Source: Promethearchaeota archaeon
Lineage (GTDB): Archaea; Asgardarchaeota; Lokiarchaeia; Sigyniarchaeales; SOKP01
DNA: 52,107 bases
Assembly (NCBI GenBank): GCA_048938445.1
Contig: JBHLME010000012.1
Coordinates: 1-52,107 of the forward strand
Direction: 5' to 3'
The notes under the pieces are model-generated. The model saw only the letters and a list, made by a program, of their open reading frames with translations, was not told the origin of the DNA and did no database searches. A program made the position numbers and the translations under genes. Below, piece by piece: positions 1 to 9,918 of the stretch. How positions within the stretch are numbered: position 1 is the first letter of the stretch; every line of letters starts with the position of its first letter.

Positions 1-1310
1 TAAAACGTTATATCACTTCTTTGTTTGAACCAAGTGGCAATATACCAAATGGTAAAAAGCAATGCTCCAATTCCAGTAGCGACTAATAGCCAAATTGCTA
101 TAGTGCTTGTAATTCCTATATTATACAGGGGTGATAAAGCTTGATCGATTATGGACACTACACCTGAAATATTAGCAAAACTCTGTGGGAGCCAGTAGGT
201 AAAAGTTAGAAAAGTTACCGCACCTACACCAGCATTGATCGCGGCAAAAATCCACCACGTGGACTTCTTTTTGATGGTTACTTTTTCAGGTATGGGTTGA
301 TTTACGTCTTTAAAGAACTTGATTTTCATTAAGAGCACGCCAAATGGAAGTATAGACATGATTAAAAATAAGGTTGCTAATAATCCAAAAGCCTCCGAAT
401 ATATCCATATTTGACCAGAGGGATTTGCAATAGCCCATGCTTCTGCTTCCGATTTTCCTTGGAGTGCTTGCAAAAACCATGCAACTTTTTCTGATATGGC
501 TTTAGTATTCGCAGTAAGACCAGGATGAGTTGTTGGAATGAGTGCGTGTCTTCTCATTGAACCATCTGCCCATCCACCTGCAGTTAAATTATATGTGGTG
601 TCAAAATTTGCAGTTCCCGATAGATTATAATTAGCATCTATTGTGCCTAATCCTTCAGCAATCCAATCAGGAAGCGTTGTATTACTCTCTAATTGGAATT
701 CTTCTTTTTCTGCCCATATATGAAGGACGTTTTTAAAAACAACGAGATTATTTAAATAAGGCCAATAGCTTGGACCAAAAGTTTCAAGCACCATGGCATT
801 GCATCCATCAAAAGCAATTGGAGTAATACCGTAACTACCAGATAATAAACACAAGTAGTAATAAATTTCAAGAGCACCCATAGAATGTCCCATTATACCT
901 AAATTGGTATTATCAACGTAATCTAATTTATCATGTAAATAATTCCATGCCGCAAGATAGCTAGAATTGCCAGGATTATCCCAATTCTCAGAAAATGAAC
1001 CATCAGATAAGCCGTGTCCATTCTGATCAATGCAAAAGACAACAAATCCTGCACGAGCCAGTTCAATAGCTGATGGTCTATATACATCTTTATCATTATT
1101 AAATCCATGTATTGCAAGGATTCCCGGAGCTTTATTAATGCTTGTCGCTGTTATTGGTCTATAAACTTTACCAACTAAATTTTCGTTATCGAGACCAGCA
1201 AAATTAATTATTTGGACATCAATAGTCCCAAATCCGCTCTGGGCGAAACTTGAAAAGGATATTGAAAATATTGATATTGCCATGCAACATATAAACAATG
1301 AGTGGTCCAT
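1..1310 (-). CDS. Membrane-associated alpha/beta hydrolase (partial, runs off the left edge)
   Basis: Not in the ORF track because no stop lies in the window. Manual translation: MDHSLFICCMAISIFS...PGILAIHGFNN...ELARAGFVVFCIDQNGHG...LGIMGHSMGA (GxSxG nucleophile elbow), then hydrophobic segments. Start uncertain (1310, or 1356 with a frameshift). Confidence 0.8.
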   Translation of the reverse strand, partial: MDHSLFICCMAISIFSISFSSFAQSGFGTIDVQIINFAGLDNENLVGKVYRPITATSINKAPGILAIHGFNNDKDVYRPSAIELARAGFVVFCIDQNGHGLSDGSFSENWDNPGNSSYLAAWNYLHDKLDYVDNTNLGIMGHSMGALEIYYYLCLLSGSYGITPIAFDGCNAMVLETFGPSYWPYLNNLVVFKNVLHIWAEKEEFQLESNTTLPDWIAEGLGTIDANYNLSGTANFDTTYNLTAGGWADGSMRRHALIPTTHPGLTANTKAISEKVAWFLQALQGKSEAEAWAIANPSGQIWIYSEAFGLLATLFLIMSILPFGVLLMKIKFFKDVNQPIPEKVTIKKKSTWWIFAAINAGVGAVTFLTFTYWLPQSFANISGVVSIIDQALSPLYNIGITSTIAIWLLVATGIGALLFTIWYIATWFKQRSDITF

Positions 1311-1657
1311 TAGTCTTTAAATTTTTTAAATTTAGATTTTTTAATTTTTCAACCATTTTCTTTCATTTTATTTTGTAATAGATTTATTATTATTACATTT
1401 GTAAAACAATTGGATATAGTTGATTTACAAGTGTAAAAAATTTAGTAAATATTTCGAGTTTTTGATCTTTTAAAAACCTTATTGAATACTCCTTCAAAAA
1501 CTAAATTACTTACGTAATATTTACAAGCATAGATAAATCTAAAATCATTATTAAGCAGAATTAAAATAAAATTTTTATGAGATAATTTAGGTTTTAATTC
1601 AAGATATATAAAAAATAGAAAATATTCTATTATTAATAATATTGGATTATAACCAAA

Positions 1658-2518
1658 TTAATTTGTTAATGCTAGAGCTAGATATAATGCGCCAGTGATT
1701 TCTGAAATATTTCCTACTCTTGAGGTATCTATGATTATATAATTAGTGTCTAAATATATCGCCCCATACGCTTTTCCTCCCCCTAAATGAACTAAAGTTC
1801 GATAAATTAAATTTCCAGAAATCCCATCTGGAGCGATGATTAAATTTGACCTTTTTTCTATTGACTTTTCGATTAAAATTTCATCATGGTCAATGATGAG
1901 TGAAGGATATTCTCTTTTAAAAAAATTAACAACATCATTCGCTAATGTTATTGATTTATCAACTGCCTCATCCCTTCCGATATCTCCTTTTCTCCCACCA
2001 GATAGGATGCTGACTTTAAGATCAATTTTAAGTAAATTAAATATAGGAATTGCCTTTAAAATAAAATCTCTTTTCTTTTCAAATGTGTTGCACTCATCTA
2101 TCCCAACAGGACCATAAAAAAATTGATATCCATCATACGTTTCAAGTAAGGTTAATCTGTGGATTTCTGAAAAATTTAAAATTTCCTTTATACTTTTCAA
2201 AAAATTACTTGAACTTAAAGAACCTCTAATTACTGCTCTAATTTTCCCATCTTTTAGAAAAGATATGATTGTTTTCTCTGGATCTTCATTTTTAATAAAT
2301 TTTAGATTATTTTTGTCAATTTTTTTATTATGACTGCGTATTAGATAATCAATTGCGCTTTTTTTTCCAAATAAATAAATATTTAGCTCATAATTACCCA
2401 AAATATCTAATATAGCATTCAAAATTTTAAAATTATGAGAATCTTGCTCACCTATGCCAATCCCAATAGTAACATTTTTGCCTTCGCCAATTACTTTAAA
2501 TTTCTCTAAGATATTCAT
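1658..2518 (-). CDS. mtxX: MtxX / methanogenesis marker protein 4 family (phosphate acyltransferase-like fold)
   Basis: Motifs AVIRGSLSS, PVGIDE, ILSGGRKGDIGR, IIAPDGISGNLIYRTL and DTSR match the MtxX/Mmp4 family. Confidence 0.8.
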   Translation of the reverse strand: MNILEKFKVIGEGKNVTIGIGIGEQDSHNFKILNAILDILGNYELNIYLFGKKSAIDYLIRSHNKKIDKNNLKFIKNEDPEKTIISFLKDGKIRAVIRGSLSSSNFLKSIKEILNFSEIHRLTLLETYDGYQFFYGPVGIDECNTFEKKRDFILKAIPIFNLLKIDLKVSILSGGRKGDIGRDEAVDKSITLANDVVNFFKREYPSLIIDHDEILIEKSIEKRSNLIIAPDGISGNLIYRTLVHLGGGKAYGAIYLDTNYIIIDTSRVGNISEITGALYLALALTN

Positions 2519-2563
2519 ATAAATGTAATCAATTTATTTTTTTCAAATCGGAAGTATTCCAAA

Positions 2564-3700
2564 TTAGATTAAGAATCCGGTTAATACTGTCAAGATTATT
2601 AAAAATGAATTATAAACACCATGCATTATCATTACAGCAATTAAATTTTCATTTCGCCAGTAGAACACCATTCCTAATCCCAATGAAATAACGAAATACA
2701 GAGGGAAACTGATAAAAAGGGTATATAAATCAAATGCTACTGAATGTATCCCCGCAAAAATTAAAGCCGTGATTACAATACCACCCCATTTTTTCAATTT
2801 ACTCCTGACTAATCCTTTTTGTAAGAAACCTCTAAATACTATTTCCTCCGTAGGGCCAACTACTGCTATCATTACAACGGCTAATAAGAATAGCTGAATT
2901 ATTAACTGGAAGATTTGAAAGGAATCTAAAGGAAAAGAAAACGTACCAAAGGATTCAAAATATTCTCTCCCGTACAGAGAATAGTCTATTGGGGTGCTTA
3001 TTAACCAAATTATGAAACCCGCACTTAATCCACAAGCTACACCCCAGCCTATTTCTTTAAATACTCCTTTTATAGAATAACCTCTCGCAGTAAATCCAAA
3101 TAGAGCAAGACGATTTTTAAAAGATGGTCGCTTAAGGAATCTTCCTACATAGATAACAGGAATTAAAATAAGTGAGAATTCTAGTAGGGACGAAATTATA
3201 AGGAAATATAAATTCGATTCCAAATTAACTAGTTCTTCCGATAATGACTCAAGAGCATCTGCAAAAGATTCAAGACTTATAGGATAGATTGTTAAAGGAT
3301 TAATTAATATTAAAAGAATAATCAAGACTAAAACTATTGATAATCCAGTTAATATTGCTAAAGATAGTAAAGAAAATCCAATAGATTGTCCAGCTCCCCA
3401 AAGTCTTCTATCAGATTTCTCATAAATTTCTTCATCTGATAACTTCGGTAGTTCATGTTTAATTGGTGTAAATTTATACTGAATCACACTACTTGATTGC
3501 ATCACCGTTGATTTTTTTAATTGATTTACATTTGAGAAATCTAATCCACATTTAATACAAAATCTAGCATTTGGTATATCTGGGATTTTTTGTCCGCAAT
3601 TCGTGCAAAAATTCAATTTTCTATCCTTTGATGGTTGCAAATAGTAATTCATGTCCAATATAATAGGAAACCATTTTTCTTTAAGAAGTTTATTGTTCAA
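2564..3700 (-). CDS. CPBP (CAAX protease/Abi) intramembrane glutamic endopeptidase with N-terminal zinc ribbon
   Basis: EEIVFRG, FAGIH and HGVYN motifs; multiple TM segments; N-terminal CTNCG...FCIKCG. Confidence 0.85.
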   Translation of the reverse strand: MNNKLLKEKWFPIILDMNYYLQPSKDRKLNFCTNCGQKIPDIPNARFCIKCGLDFSNVNQLKKSTVMQSSSVIQYKFTPIKHELPKLSDEEIYEKSDRRLWGAGQSIGFSLLSLAILTGLSIVLVLIILLILINPLTIYPISLESFADALESLSEELVNLESNLYFLIISSLLEFSLILIPVIYVGRFLKRPSFKNRLALFGFTARGYSIKGVFKEIGWGVACGLSAGFIIWLISTPIDYSLYGREYFESFGTFSFPLDSFQIFQLIIQLFLLAVVMIAVVGPTEEIVFRGFLQKGLVRSKLKKWGGIVITALIFAGIHSVAFDLYTLFISFPLYFVISLGLGMVFYWRNENLIAVMIMHGVYNSFLIILTVLTGFLI

Positions 3701-3710
3701 AAACGAATCA

Positions 3711-5492
3711 TCAATGGGTGAAATAACATTTAAGTTCTTTATTTTCTAATTTGATTGGGTTTACAAACCCATATCTCTCAAATTGTATTACAATATTCAT
3801 CGGTATTTTTAGAAGGTTAATTTCTCCATAACCCTTGCTATAAGTTCCATCTGGTTTTAATATTGATACTTTAACATTTTGTTCTTTCGGTACCCATTGA
3901 ATTATTTTTAAATCACTGTCTACTTCGCGATCTAATTCTAAACTGTGCCAATATGCCTTAATTTCTTTTTTGTTAGGAATTATTGAAAGAATTTGAATAT
4001 TTACTAAATCTTTTAAACGTATTATCTGACCAACTTTAATTTTTTGAGCATCTGATTTATCTATAAATACAATGATTTGACCTTTTTTATTTTTAACACC
4101 CTTAATAATTCTCTTTCCTTTCTTTGGATCAGATGGTAATAAAAGTGGTTCAGCAATATATTCTTCTAATATTTTTGGAGCCTTTTCAATAATAACAGAA
4201 AAAGGATCTTCGACAAAAAAATATCTGTTTGAAATTGAGTCAATTATTTCTTGATTTTTAGCATATAATTTCTTAACTTCAAAGGTTATACCTGACATGG
4301 AAAGTCTTGCTTCTAGTAGTGTTTTTCTTAACGCTTCGGGTCTTATGCCTCTTTTTTTAAGTGATTGAAGACTCCAAGTTCTTGGATCATCCCATCCTTC
4401 ATAAATCCCATTTTGAATGTTATTTCTTGCTTCGGTCTTACTTAGTTTCATGTTTGGAAATTTTATCCTTCCGTAATGCGTGAATTCTGCTTTTTTCCAT
4501 TTGAAATGCTCCCAAATAAAATCTTCTATAAAATCTTCTTTAACTAAATCAGCTCCTCTTACAATATGGCTTACTCCAATGAGATAATCATCAATCGCCC
4601 ATGAAAACTCCAACATTGGCCATACAATATATTTTTTTCCAACTCTCGGATGCTCTGCTTCGGAAATTCTCATTATAATTTGGTCTCGTAATGCTGGATC
4701 CTTTTGATCCATTCCTGTTTTTAAACGGATTACTAATTTCATTTCTTGATACTGACCAGAAAGCATGTTTTCCCATTCTTCAAGATTATCCTTGATTGAA
4801 GTGTCTCTATGCGGACATGGTTTTCCGGTTTTTTTATATTTTTCTCTAAACTCACCAGGATCACAGAAGCATGCATATGCTAGTCCATCATTTATGAGTT
4901 TTTCACAATATTCATAAAAAATACTTAAACGATCGCTTTTATAATATACTTTTGAATACTTCACTCCAAGCCATTCCAAACCTTCTTCTATTAAAGTATA
5001 TGCTTCTGGAAGGACATATTTTGCCTTTGGTGTATTTCTTAATGATCTTGGACTACCAATTGTATCATCAAAAAAAAGAATTAGTTCTCCATTATATTTT
5101 TTTACATATTCATCATTTAAAACAATCATCCGGGCATTTCCAACGTGTAATGCCCCGCTCGGATAAGGAGCTAGCCGCATTATTACCTTTTCATAGTTAT
5201 TCACATTTGGCAAGGGAGGTAATCCTAATTCTTCTTCTTGAGCTTTTTCCTCTTTTAACGCCTCTGGATTCAATTTTAATAGTTTTTTTATTCGCTCTTT
5301 ATGACCTATGCTCTCAATTTTAGGGATTATTTCATCTAATTTTATTTTTATTTTTTTTGCCTCATTCCGTAATTCTGGAAACATTCCTATTATTTTTTTC
5401 ATTATCGCTCCTAATTGAGGAACACTTTCATGTTTAACAGCATTCTTAAGAGCAAAAATCCATAAAAATTTCTCTAACTCCTCATCATCCAT
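3711..5492 (-). CDS. gltX: Glutamate--tRNA ligase (archaeal type)
   Basis: RLAPYPSGALHVGN (HIGH), KLSKT (KMSKS), GWDDPR, QFERYGF; archaeal N-terminal ALKNAVKH domain. Confidence 0.97.
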   Translation of the reverse strand: MDDEELEKFLWIFALKNAVKHESVPQLGAIMKKIIGMFPELRNEAKKIKIKLDEIIPKIESIGHKERIKKLLKLNPEALKEEKAQEEELGLPPLPNVNNYEKVIMRLAPYPSGALHVGNARMIVLNDEYVKKYNGELILFFDDTIGSPRSLRNTPKAKYVLPEAYTLIEEGLEWLGVKYSKVYYKSDRLSIFYEYCEKLINDGLAYACFCDPGEFREKYKKTGKPCPHRDTSIKDNLEEWENMLSGQYQEMKLVIRLKTGMDQKDPALRDQIIMRISEAEHPRVGKKYIVWPMLEFSWAIDDYLIGVSHIVRGADLVKEDFIEDFIWEHFKWKKAEFTHYGRIKFPNMKLSKTEARNNIQNGIYEGWDDPRTWSLQSLKKRGIRPEALRKTLLEARLSMSGITFEVKKLYAKNQEIIDSISNRYFFVEDPFSVIIEKAPKILEEYIAEPLLLPSDPKKGKRIIKGVKNKKGQIIVFIDKSDAQKIKVGQIIRLKDLVNIQILSIIPNKKEIKAYWHSLELDREVDSDLKIIQWVPKEQNVKVSILKPDGTYSKGYGEINLLKIPMNIVIQFERYGFVNPIKLENKELKCYFTH

Positions 5493-5641
5493 AAATTTCT
5501 TTCAACTTTTTTATTTTTTTCTTAGATCACTTAATAATCAGCAAATGTAAGAATAAATAATATAGTATTTCAAAAAAAATAAACCATTATTAAGAATTCT
5601 TAAATATGAAACATTCTAAACAGATAGTATACTAAAACAAG

Positions 5642-5935
5642 GTGTTTAAAATTTATTATCGTGGTTATATATTAATTCGACTGAAAACAATTGGAAAAGA
5701 ATGGGAAATTGTTAAAAAATTAAAGGGAAAGACATCAACCGAAGAGGGTGAGGATTGGAAGATCACTTATGTCACTCCAGTATACGGAGGGTGGGATTTA
5801 ATCGTTGAGTGCAGTTTTAGCAAATTAAAAGATCTTGATAAAATCGTGACATATTGTAGAGTAGATCCTGATCTGAGTGCATGGATCGAGGAAACTACTA
5901 CTTTAATGGGGTCTCGTAATGACTATACTGAGTAA
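5642..5935 (+). CDS. Stand-alone Lrp/AsnC ligand-binding (RAM) domain protein
   Basis: GYILI...VYGGWDLIV...IEETTT pattern; no HTH. Confidence 0.7.
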   Translation: MFKIYYRGYILIRLKTIGKEWEIVKKLKGKTSTEEGEDWKITYVTPVYGGWDLIVECSFSKLKDLDKIVTYCRVDPDLSAWIEETTTLMGSRNDYTE

Positions 5936-6054
5936 TTTTAAAAATTTTACTCATTATAAGAAAAATATTTGATTTTAAACTAGTTTTTCAAATTCTATTT
6001 AATTTTTATCTGAATAAAGATAAAAATATAAATGAATGATTAGAAATAGAAAAA

Positions 6055-7344
6055 TCAAGAATTCATTCTCAAGTTTTTTCTCAATTCTTTTGCCTTCTGT
6101 TTAAGTTGAGAGGCTCCATTGTTTATTATGTTTGATGCTATAAAAGAAGGTTCTTCTCTTGCTATTTTTTTCAATAATTGTTGTTTTAAACTAATTGTTT
6201 CTAGATATAATTCTTGGGAACATAAATCTTCTCCTCCATTAATAATAATATCAAGCACGTGAAGTGCTAACTGATGTTTTCCTACGATATTAAGACTTTT
6301 TGCGTGTTCCAAGTATTTTTCAGGACTATTTACCTTTAATAGTTCCTTAGCTATATCGGAAGATTTTGAGGGGAACAAGTCTGTTGGATTTCCCGTGTCA
6401 TACCATCCATGATAAAGTCTATAAGTTGCATGGATTGCAAAACGGTAACATCCATAGATGGGTTGTAAATAAGGAAATTTATCAAATTTTTCGGGGTAAA
6501 TCTCAAGCATTTCATGAAATATCTCTTCAAACCATTTTCCTTGGTTCAATCTTTTTACCACCTCATCATGAACAAAATGTAATGCTTCTGAAGTTATTGA
6601 TAGATGCTCTCTTACCGTTTCGTTTCCTTGAATGGGTTTACCGTGTCCAATCACGAGGTATTCCGGATTCTTTTCTAACATCTTTTCTAATGCAATTGCC
6701 CAATCTTTTGGATATCTTTGGACTTTATATGGATTTCCCACGTTAGGATAACTAATTTGCACTAAATCACCCGTGTAAATTACTTTTTTTTCTGGTACCC
6801 ATAGCCATATGGAATCATCTGTCTCACCTTTATCGTGATATAATTCGAATGTGCAATTTCCTAGTTTAAAACTATACTCATCACGCACTAAAATAGTAGG
6901 ATCAAGGGTTTCATGAGCTGAAACTCCTGATTCTTTTACTATAGATGAAAATTGCATTGAATTAATCCAATCATGATAATCATCCAACATTGCATATTTT
7001 TTGAATCTTAAAAGTAAGTTTTCATGAGCAATAACTTGAGGCATTTCCCACCCATTTTTTTTACACTCTTCAATAAAAGGAGCATATCCAAAACAGTGGT
7101 CAAAGTGACCATGGGAGTAAATGATAAATTTAACTGGTTTTTTAGTTAATTCTCTCACTCTCATAAAAATTCTTGGTCCTTGGTTCCTTATAGGGAGATC
7201 AAAGATAACAAGCCCCTCCTCAGTATTTATTACGCCTGTAGTTCCCATTGAACCAAAGGCCGAACATGTACCATCTCCTAAGGAGACATAAGGGACATCC
7301 CATTCACCTAACCACTCAAATATATTTTCATTATCTAAATTCAT
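6055..7344 (-). CDS. MBL-fold hydrolase, alkyl sulfatase-like
   Basis: SHGHFDH, GETDD, TGD, PNVGNP and GWYDTGNPTDL motifs. Confidence 0.85.
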   Translation of the reverse strand: MNLDNENIFEWLGEWDVPYVSLGDGTCSAFGSMGTTGVINTEEGLVIFDLPIRNQGPRIFMRVRELTKKPVKFIIYSHGHFDHCFGYAPFIEECKKNGWEMPQVIAHENLLLRFKKYAMLDDYHDWINSMQFSSIVKESGVSAHETLDPTILVRDEYSFKLGNCTFELYHDKGETDDSIWLWVPEKKVIYTGDLVQISYPNVGNPYKVQRYPKDWAIALEKMLEKNPEYLVIGHGKPIQGNETVREHLSITSEALHFVHDEVVKRLNQGKWFEEIFHEMLEIYPEKFDKFPYLQPIYGCYRFAIHATYRLYHGWYDTGNPTDLFPSKSSDIAKELLKVNSPEKYLEHAKSLNIVGKHQLALHVLDIIINGGEDLCSQELYLETISLKQQLLKKIAREEPSFIASNIINNGASQLKQKAKELRKNLRMNS

Positions 7345-7371
7345 ACCTATTACCCAATCTTGTTTTTTATT

Positions 7372-8055
7372 TTAACTATAAGGATCGAGAAGTTCAAATT
7401 TTTCCCCAATTATTTCTTTAATAGCATCCTCAAAAATTATAAAACCCATTTGCTTGTAACCCTCAACAGAAAAATGCAACCCGTCTATGTAAGCACACTC
7501 TTTTCTTAAATTACCATGAATGTCACGCATTTTATTGTATAAATCTACAAAGGGAATGTCATTTTCATTATAATATGATTTTAATAACTTGTTTAACTGA
7601 ATTTTTGATTTATTGTATTCTATATTAGATTGCTCCATTCTTATTGGAGGTATGGTAGCACCTATGGAAATTATATCATTTTTTCGGGAAATTTCATGTA
7701 ATTTCTTTATATTTTCAAAAATTTCCTCAATTCTACGACCCCACCCTAAATCATTAGTTCCCCCTATAATTATTGAATAATCTGGTTTTGGTTTAACACT
7801 AATTAAATCAACTTGGATTCTTGCTAAAAGATCACTTGTAAGTTCACCGGGAATTCCCTTGTTAATGAATATTAACTCTTTATATATGTTCAAATCCTTA
7901 CCTTCATTTTCCCACATGAATTCAATGCATTTCTGTTTTAACCAAAATTCGTACTGAGAATTATTATTGCCATACCCTTGCGAAATTCCATCATATGAAG
8001 GATTATACCCCGGATAACCTGCCGTTAAGGAGTCACCTAAACAGAGAAAAATCAT
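7372..8055 (-). CDS. SGNH/GDSL hydrolase
   Basis: GDSLTAG, NKGIPG, GGTND and DGLHF blocks. Confidence 0.92.
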   Translation of the reverse strand: MIFLCLGDSLTAGYPGYNPSYDGISQGYGNNNSQYEFWLKQKCIEFMWENEGKDLNIYKELIFINKGIPGELTSDLLARIQVDLISVKPKPDYSIIIGGTNDLGWGRRIEEIFENIKKLHEISRKNDIISIGATIPPIRMEQSNIEYNKSKIQLNKLLKSYYNENDIPFVDLYNKMRDIHGNLRKECAYIDGLHFSVEGYKQMGFIIFEDAIKEIIGEKFELLDPYS

Positions 8056-8136
8056 AGATTCAAATTATTCTTTTTATAACTATTATTAATAAGAGTTTAC
8101 AAATAGATTTAAATAATTAGTCATTTTTCTTTCTTA

Positions 8137-8733
8137 TTGAAAATGGGACACGTTGAACCTTACTTTGAAATTGACAAAAAAGGAAGAGTAATATGTAAAC
8201 TCCATTCAAATTATGACCATATCAAGTCTTTATGCGAGACTTATACTCAAGATGTTAGATGTGATCAAAATTTAACATGTAAGACTTGTTCGAGTTATAC
8301 TAATGATGAATGTTATTTCCAGAAATCAAGAATCGACGAAATTGAGCATGATAGACTAAAAAAAAAGGATTATGCTTGTAAATTGTGTGGTAATCGAATT
8401 CATAGAATGTGGACCGTAATATATAGCATCTATTATAAGGAGAAATTTAATATTAAAATTCCTTTACTATGTTGTTCATGTTATGATTCCCTTAAAAATG
8501 AAACATTCATGGATAAATATAAGACAAGAACATTTTCCATTAAATTCTATCTCATTTTATCAATTTTAATCATTATAGATAGTCTTTTTTACATAGATCC
8601 CTTTTATTTAGTCTTTAGTATAATTAATATATGTTTTGCCGTGTTCTGTGTCATAATCTACGTTAAATATTTAAAAAAATTGAAAAAAGGCAGAGATTAT
8701 TATCAAGAACATTTTATGAAAGAACAACCTTAA
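8137..8733 (+). CDS. Cys-rich (putative zinc-binding) membrane protein
   Basis: CKLH, CKTC, CKLC and CCSC motifs followed by two hydrophobic helices. Confidence 0.6.
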   Translation: MKMGHVEPYFEIDKKGRVICKLHSNYDHIKSLCETYTQDVRCDQNLTCKTCSSYTNDECYFQKSRIDEIEHDRLKKKDYACKLCGNRIHRMWTVIYSIYYKEKFNIKIPLLCCSCYDSLKNETFMDKYKTRTFSIKFYLILSILIIIDSLFYIDPFYLVFSIINICFAVFCVIIYVKYLKKLKKGRDYYQEHFMKEQP

Positions 8734-8867
8734 AATATTTTAATTATTTTTTATGATTCGATATTAAATTCTTATGGTATTCTGCCGTTTTACTCATTAA
8801 ATAATTTTAACTATGACGTAGAATTATATTGTTATAAAAAAAAATTTTTTCCCATTAAATTATTTGT

Positions 8868-8968
8868 GACCTGGTAATCTAGCTTGGATAGATTTGAATT
8901 TGCGATTCGAAGTCTTAGGTGCTGGCTTGCGGAGCCAGATATCGGGGGTTCAAATCCCTCCCAGGTCA
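8868..8968 (+). tRNA. tRNA-Arg(GCG) with a 26-nt intron (8892-8917) in the D-arm (about position 22/23)
   Basis: Acceptor GACCTGG/CCAGGTC; anticodon arm CTGGC-TTGCGGA-GCCAG; T arm GGGGG-TTCAAAT-CCCTC. BHB-like motif GGAT-AGA-TTTGAAT...ATTCGAA-GTCT-TAG. Splicing gives a 75-nt cloverleaf. Confidence 0.92.
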
Positions 8969-8973
8969 TTTTT

Positions 8974-9741
8974 TTAAACATATGCTAATAATTCAGAGAT
9001 ATCCTTAATAGTAATATAATTAGAGATCTCAATGTCTCGTTCAAAAGGGAATTTATATTCTCTCTTACACAGAAATAATTGTAAACCTACTTGATGACCA
9101 CCTATGATGTCGGCATATTCATCTCCACAGATAATACATTGACTAGCATTATCTTCCAAGCCAATTTTTTGTAATGCGTATTTAAATATATCTGGATTTG
9201 GCTTTCTTTTTCCAAATTTAGCAGAAGTTATAATTTTATCAAAATATTCATCCAATTCATATTTTTTTAAGAGATTCTTAATTGTTGAATGGTGTGGATG
9301 GTTTGAAAGGACTACCATTTTAATATCTTTTTGTAATAATTGGTCCAATGTGCTTTTTGTGTGCTCATATGGTATCCATTCATCTTCCTCACAAGAATGA
9401 TATATATCCGCTAATTTCATAAGATTTTTATCATTGATATCATCGTTAGAATTTATTAAATCATTTTCAATCATCAAATCCAATACATTTTTAAAGATAA
9501 AAACTGTTGGATATTCATTTTTCGTTTTTAGACTTTCCCTAAAGAAAAAATTTCTTTTCTCAAGAAAATATTTTGTTAGTTTTTTTGCTGTTTTGTCGTC
9601 TATTTCAATGTTTGATTCTCTAAGATGTTGAATTGATAACTGCAACCCATGTTTATAGCAATCAAGATATTTTTCTAACGATACATCTTTAAAATAAAAA
9701 AGCGTGAATCCAAAATCAAATATTATTCCCTTTATGTTCAT
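8974..9741 (-). CDS. HAD-superfamily hydrolase
   Basis: IIFDFGFTL motif I, LSN motif II, KPNP and GD motifs III/IV. Confidence 0.88.
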   Translation of the reverse strand: MNIKGIIFDFGFTLFYFKDVSLEKYLDCYKHGLQLSIQHLRESNIEIDDKTAKKLTKYFLEKRNFFFRESLKTKNEYPTVFIFKNVLDLMIENDLINSNDDINDKNLMKLADIYHSCEEDEWIPYEHTKSTLDQLLQKDIKMVVLSNHPHHSTIKNLLKKYELDEYFDKIITSAKFGKRKPNPDIFKYALQKIGLEDNASQCIICGDEYADIIGGHQVGLQLFLCKREYKFPFERDIEISNYITIKDISELLAYV

Positions 9742-9918
9742 CGTAAAGATTAAATAAATAAATCCCTATAAAATTATGTATTTAGTCTTATAACTTGAAT
9801 AGGACCAATTTAATTTTATTAAATTAAAAATTTCATGCCCATTTTTTATTTAAATATATCAAGTTATATTAATTTCTCAAGAATCTACAAGCAATAATTA
9901 CTATTAAAAGAAAAAATC

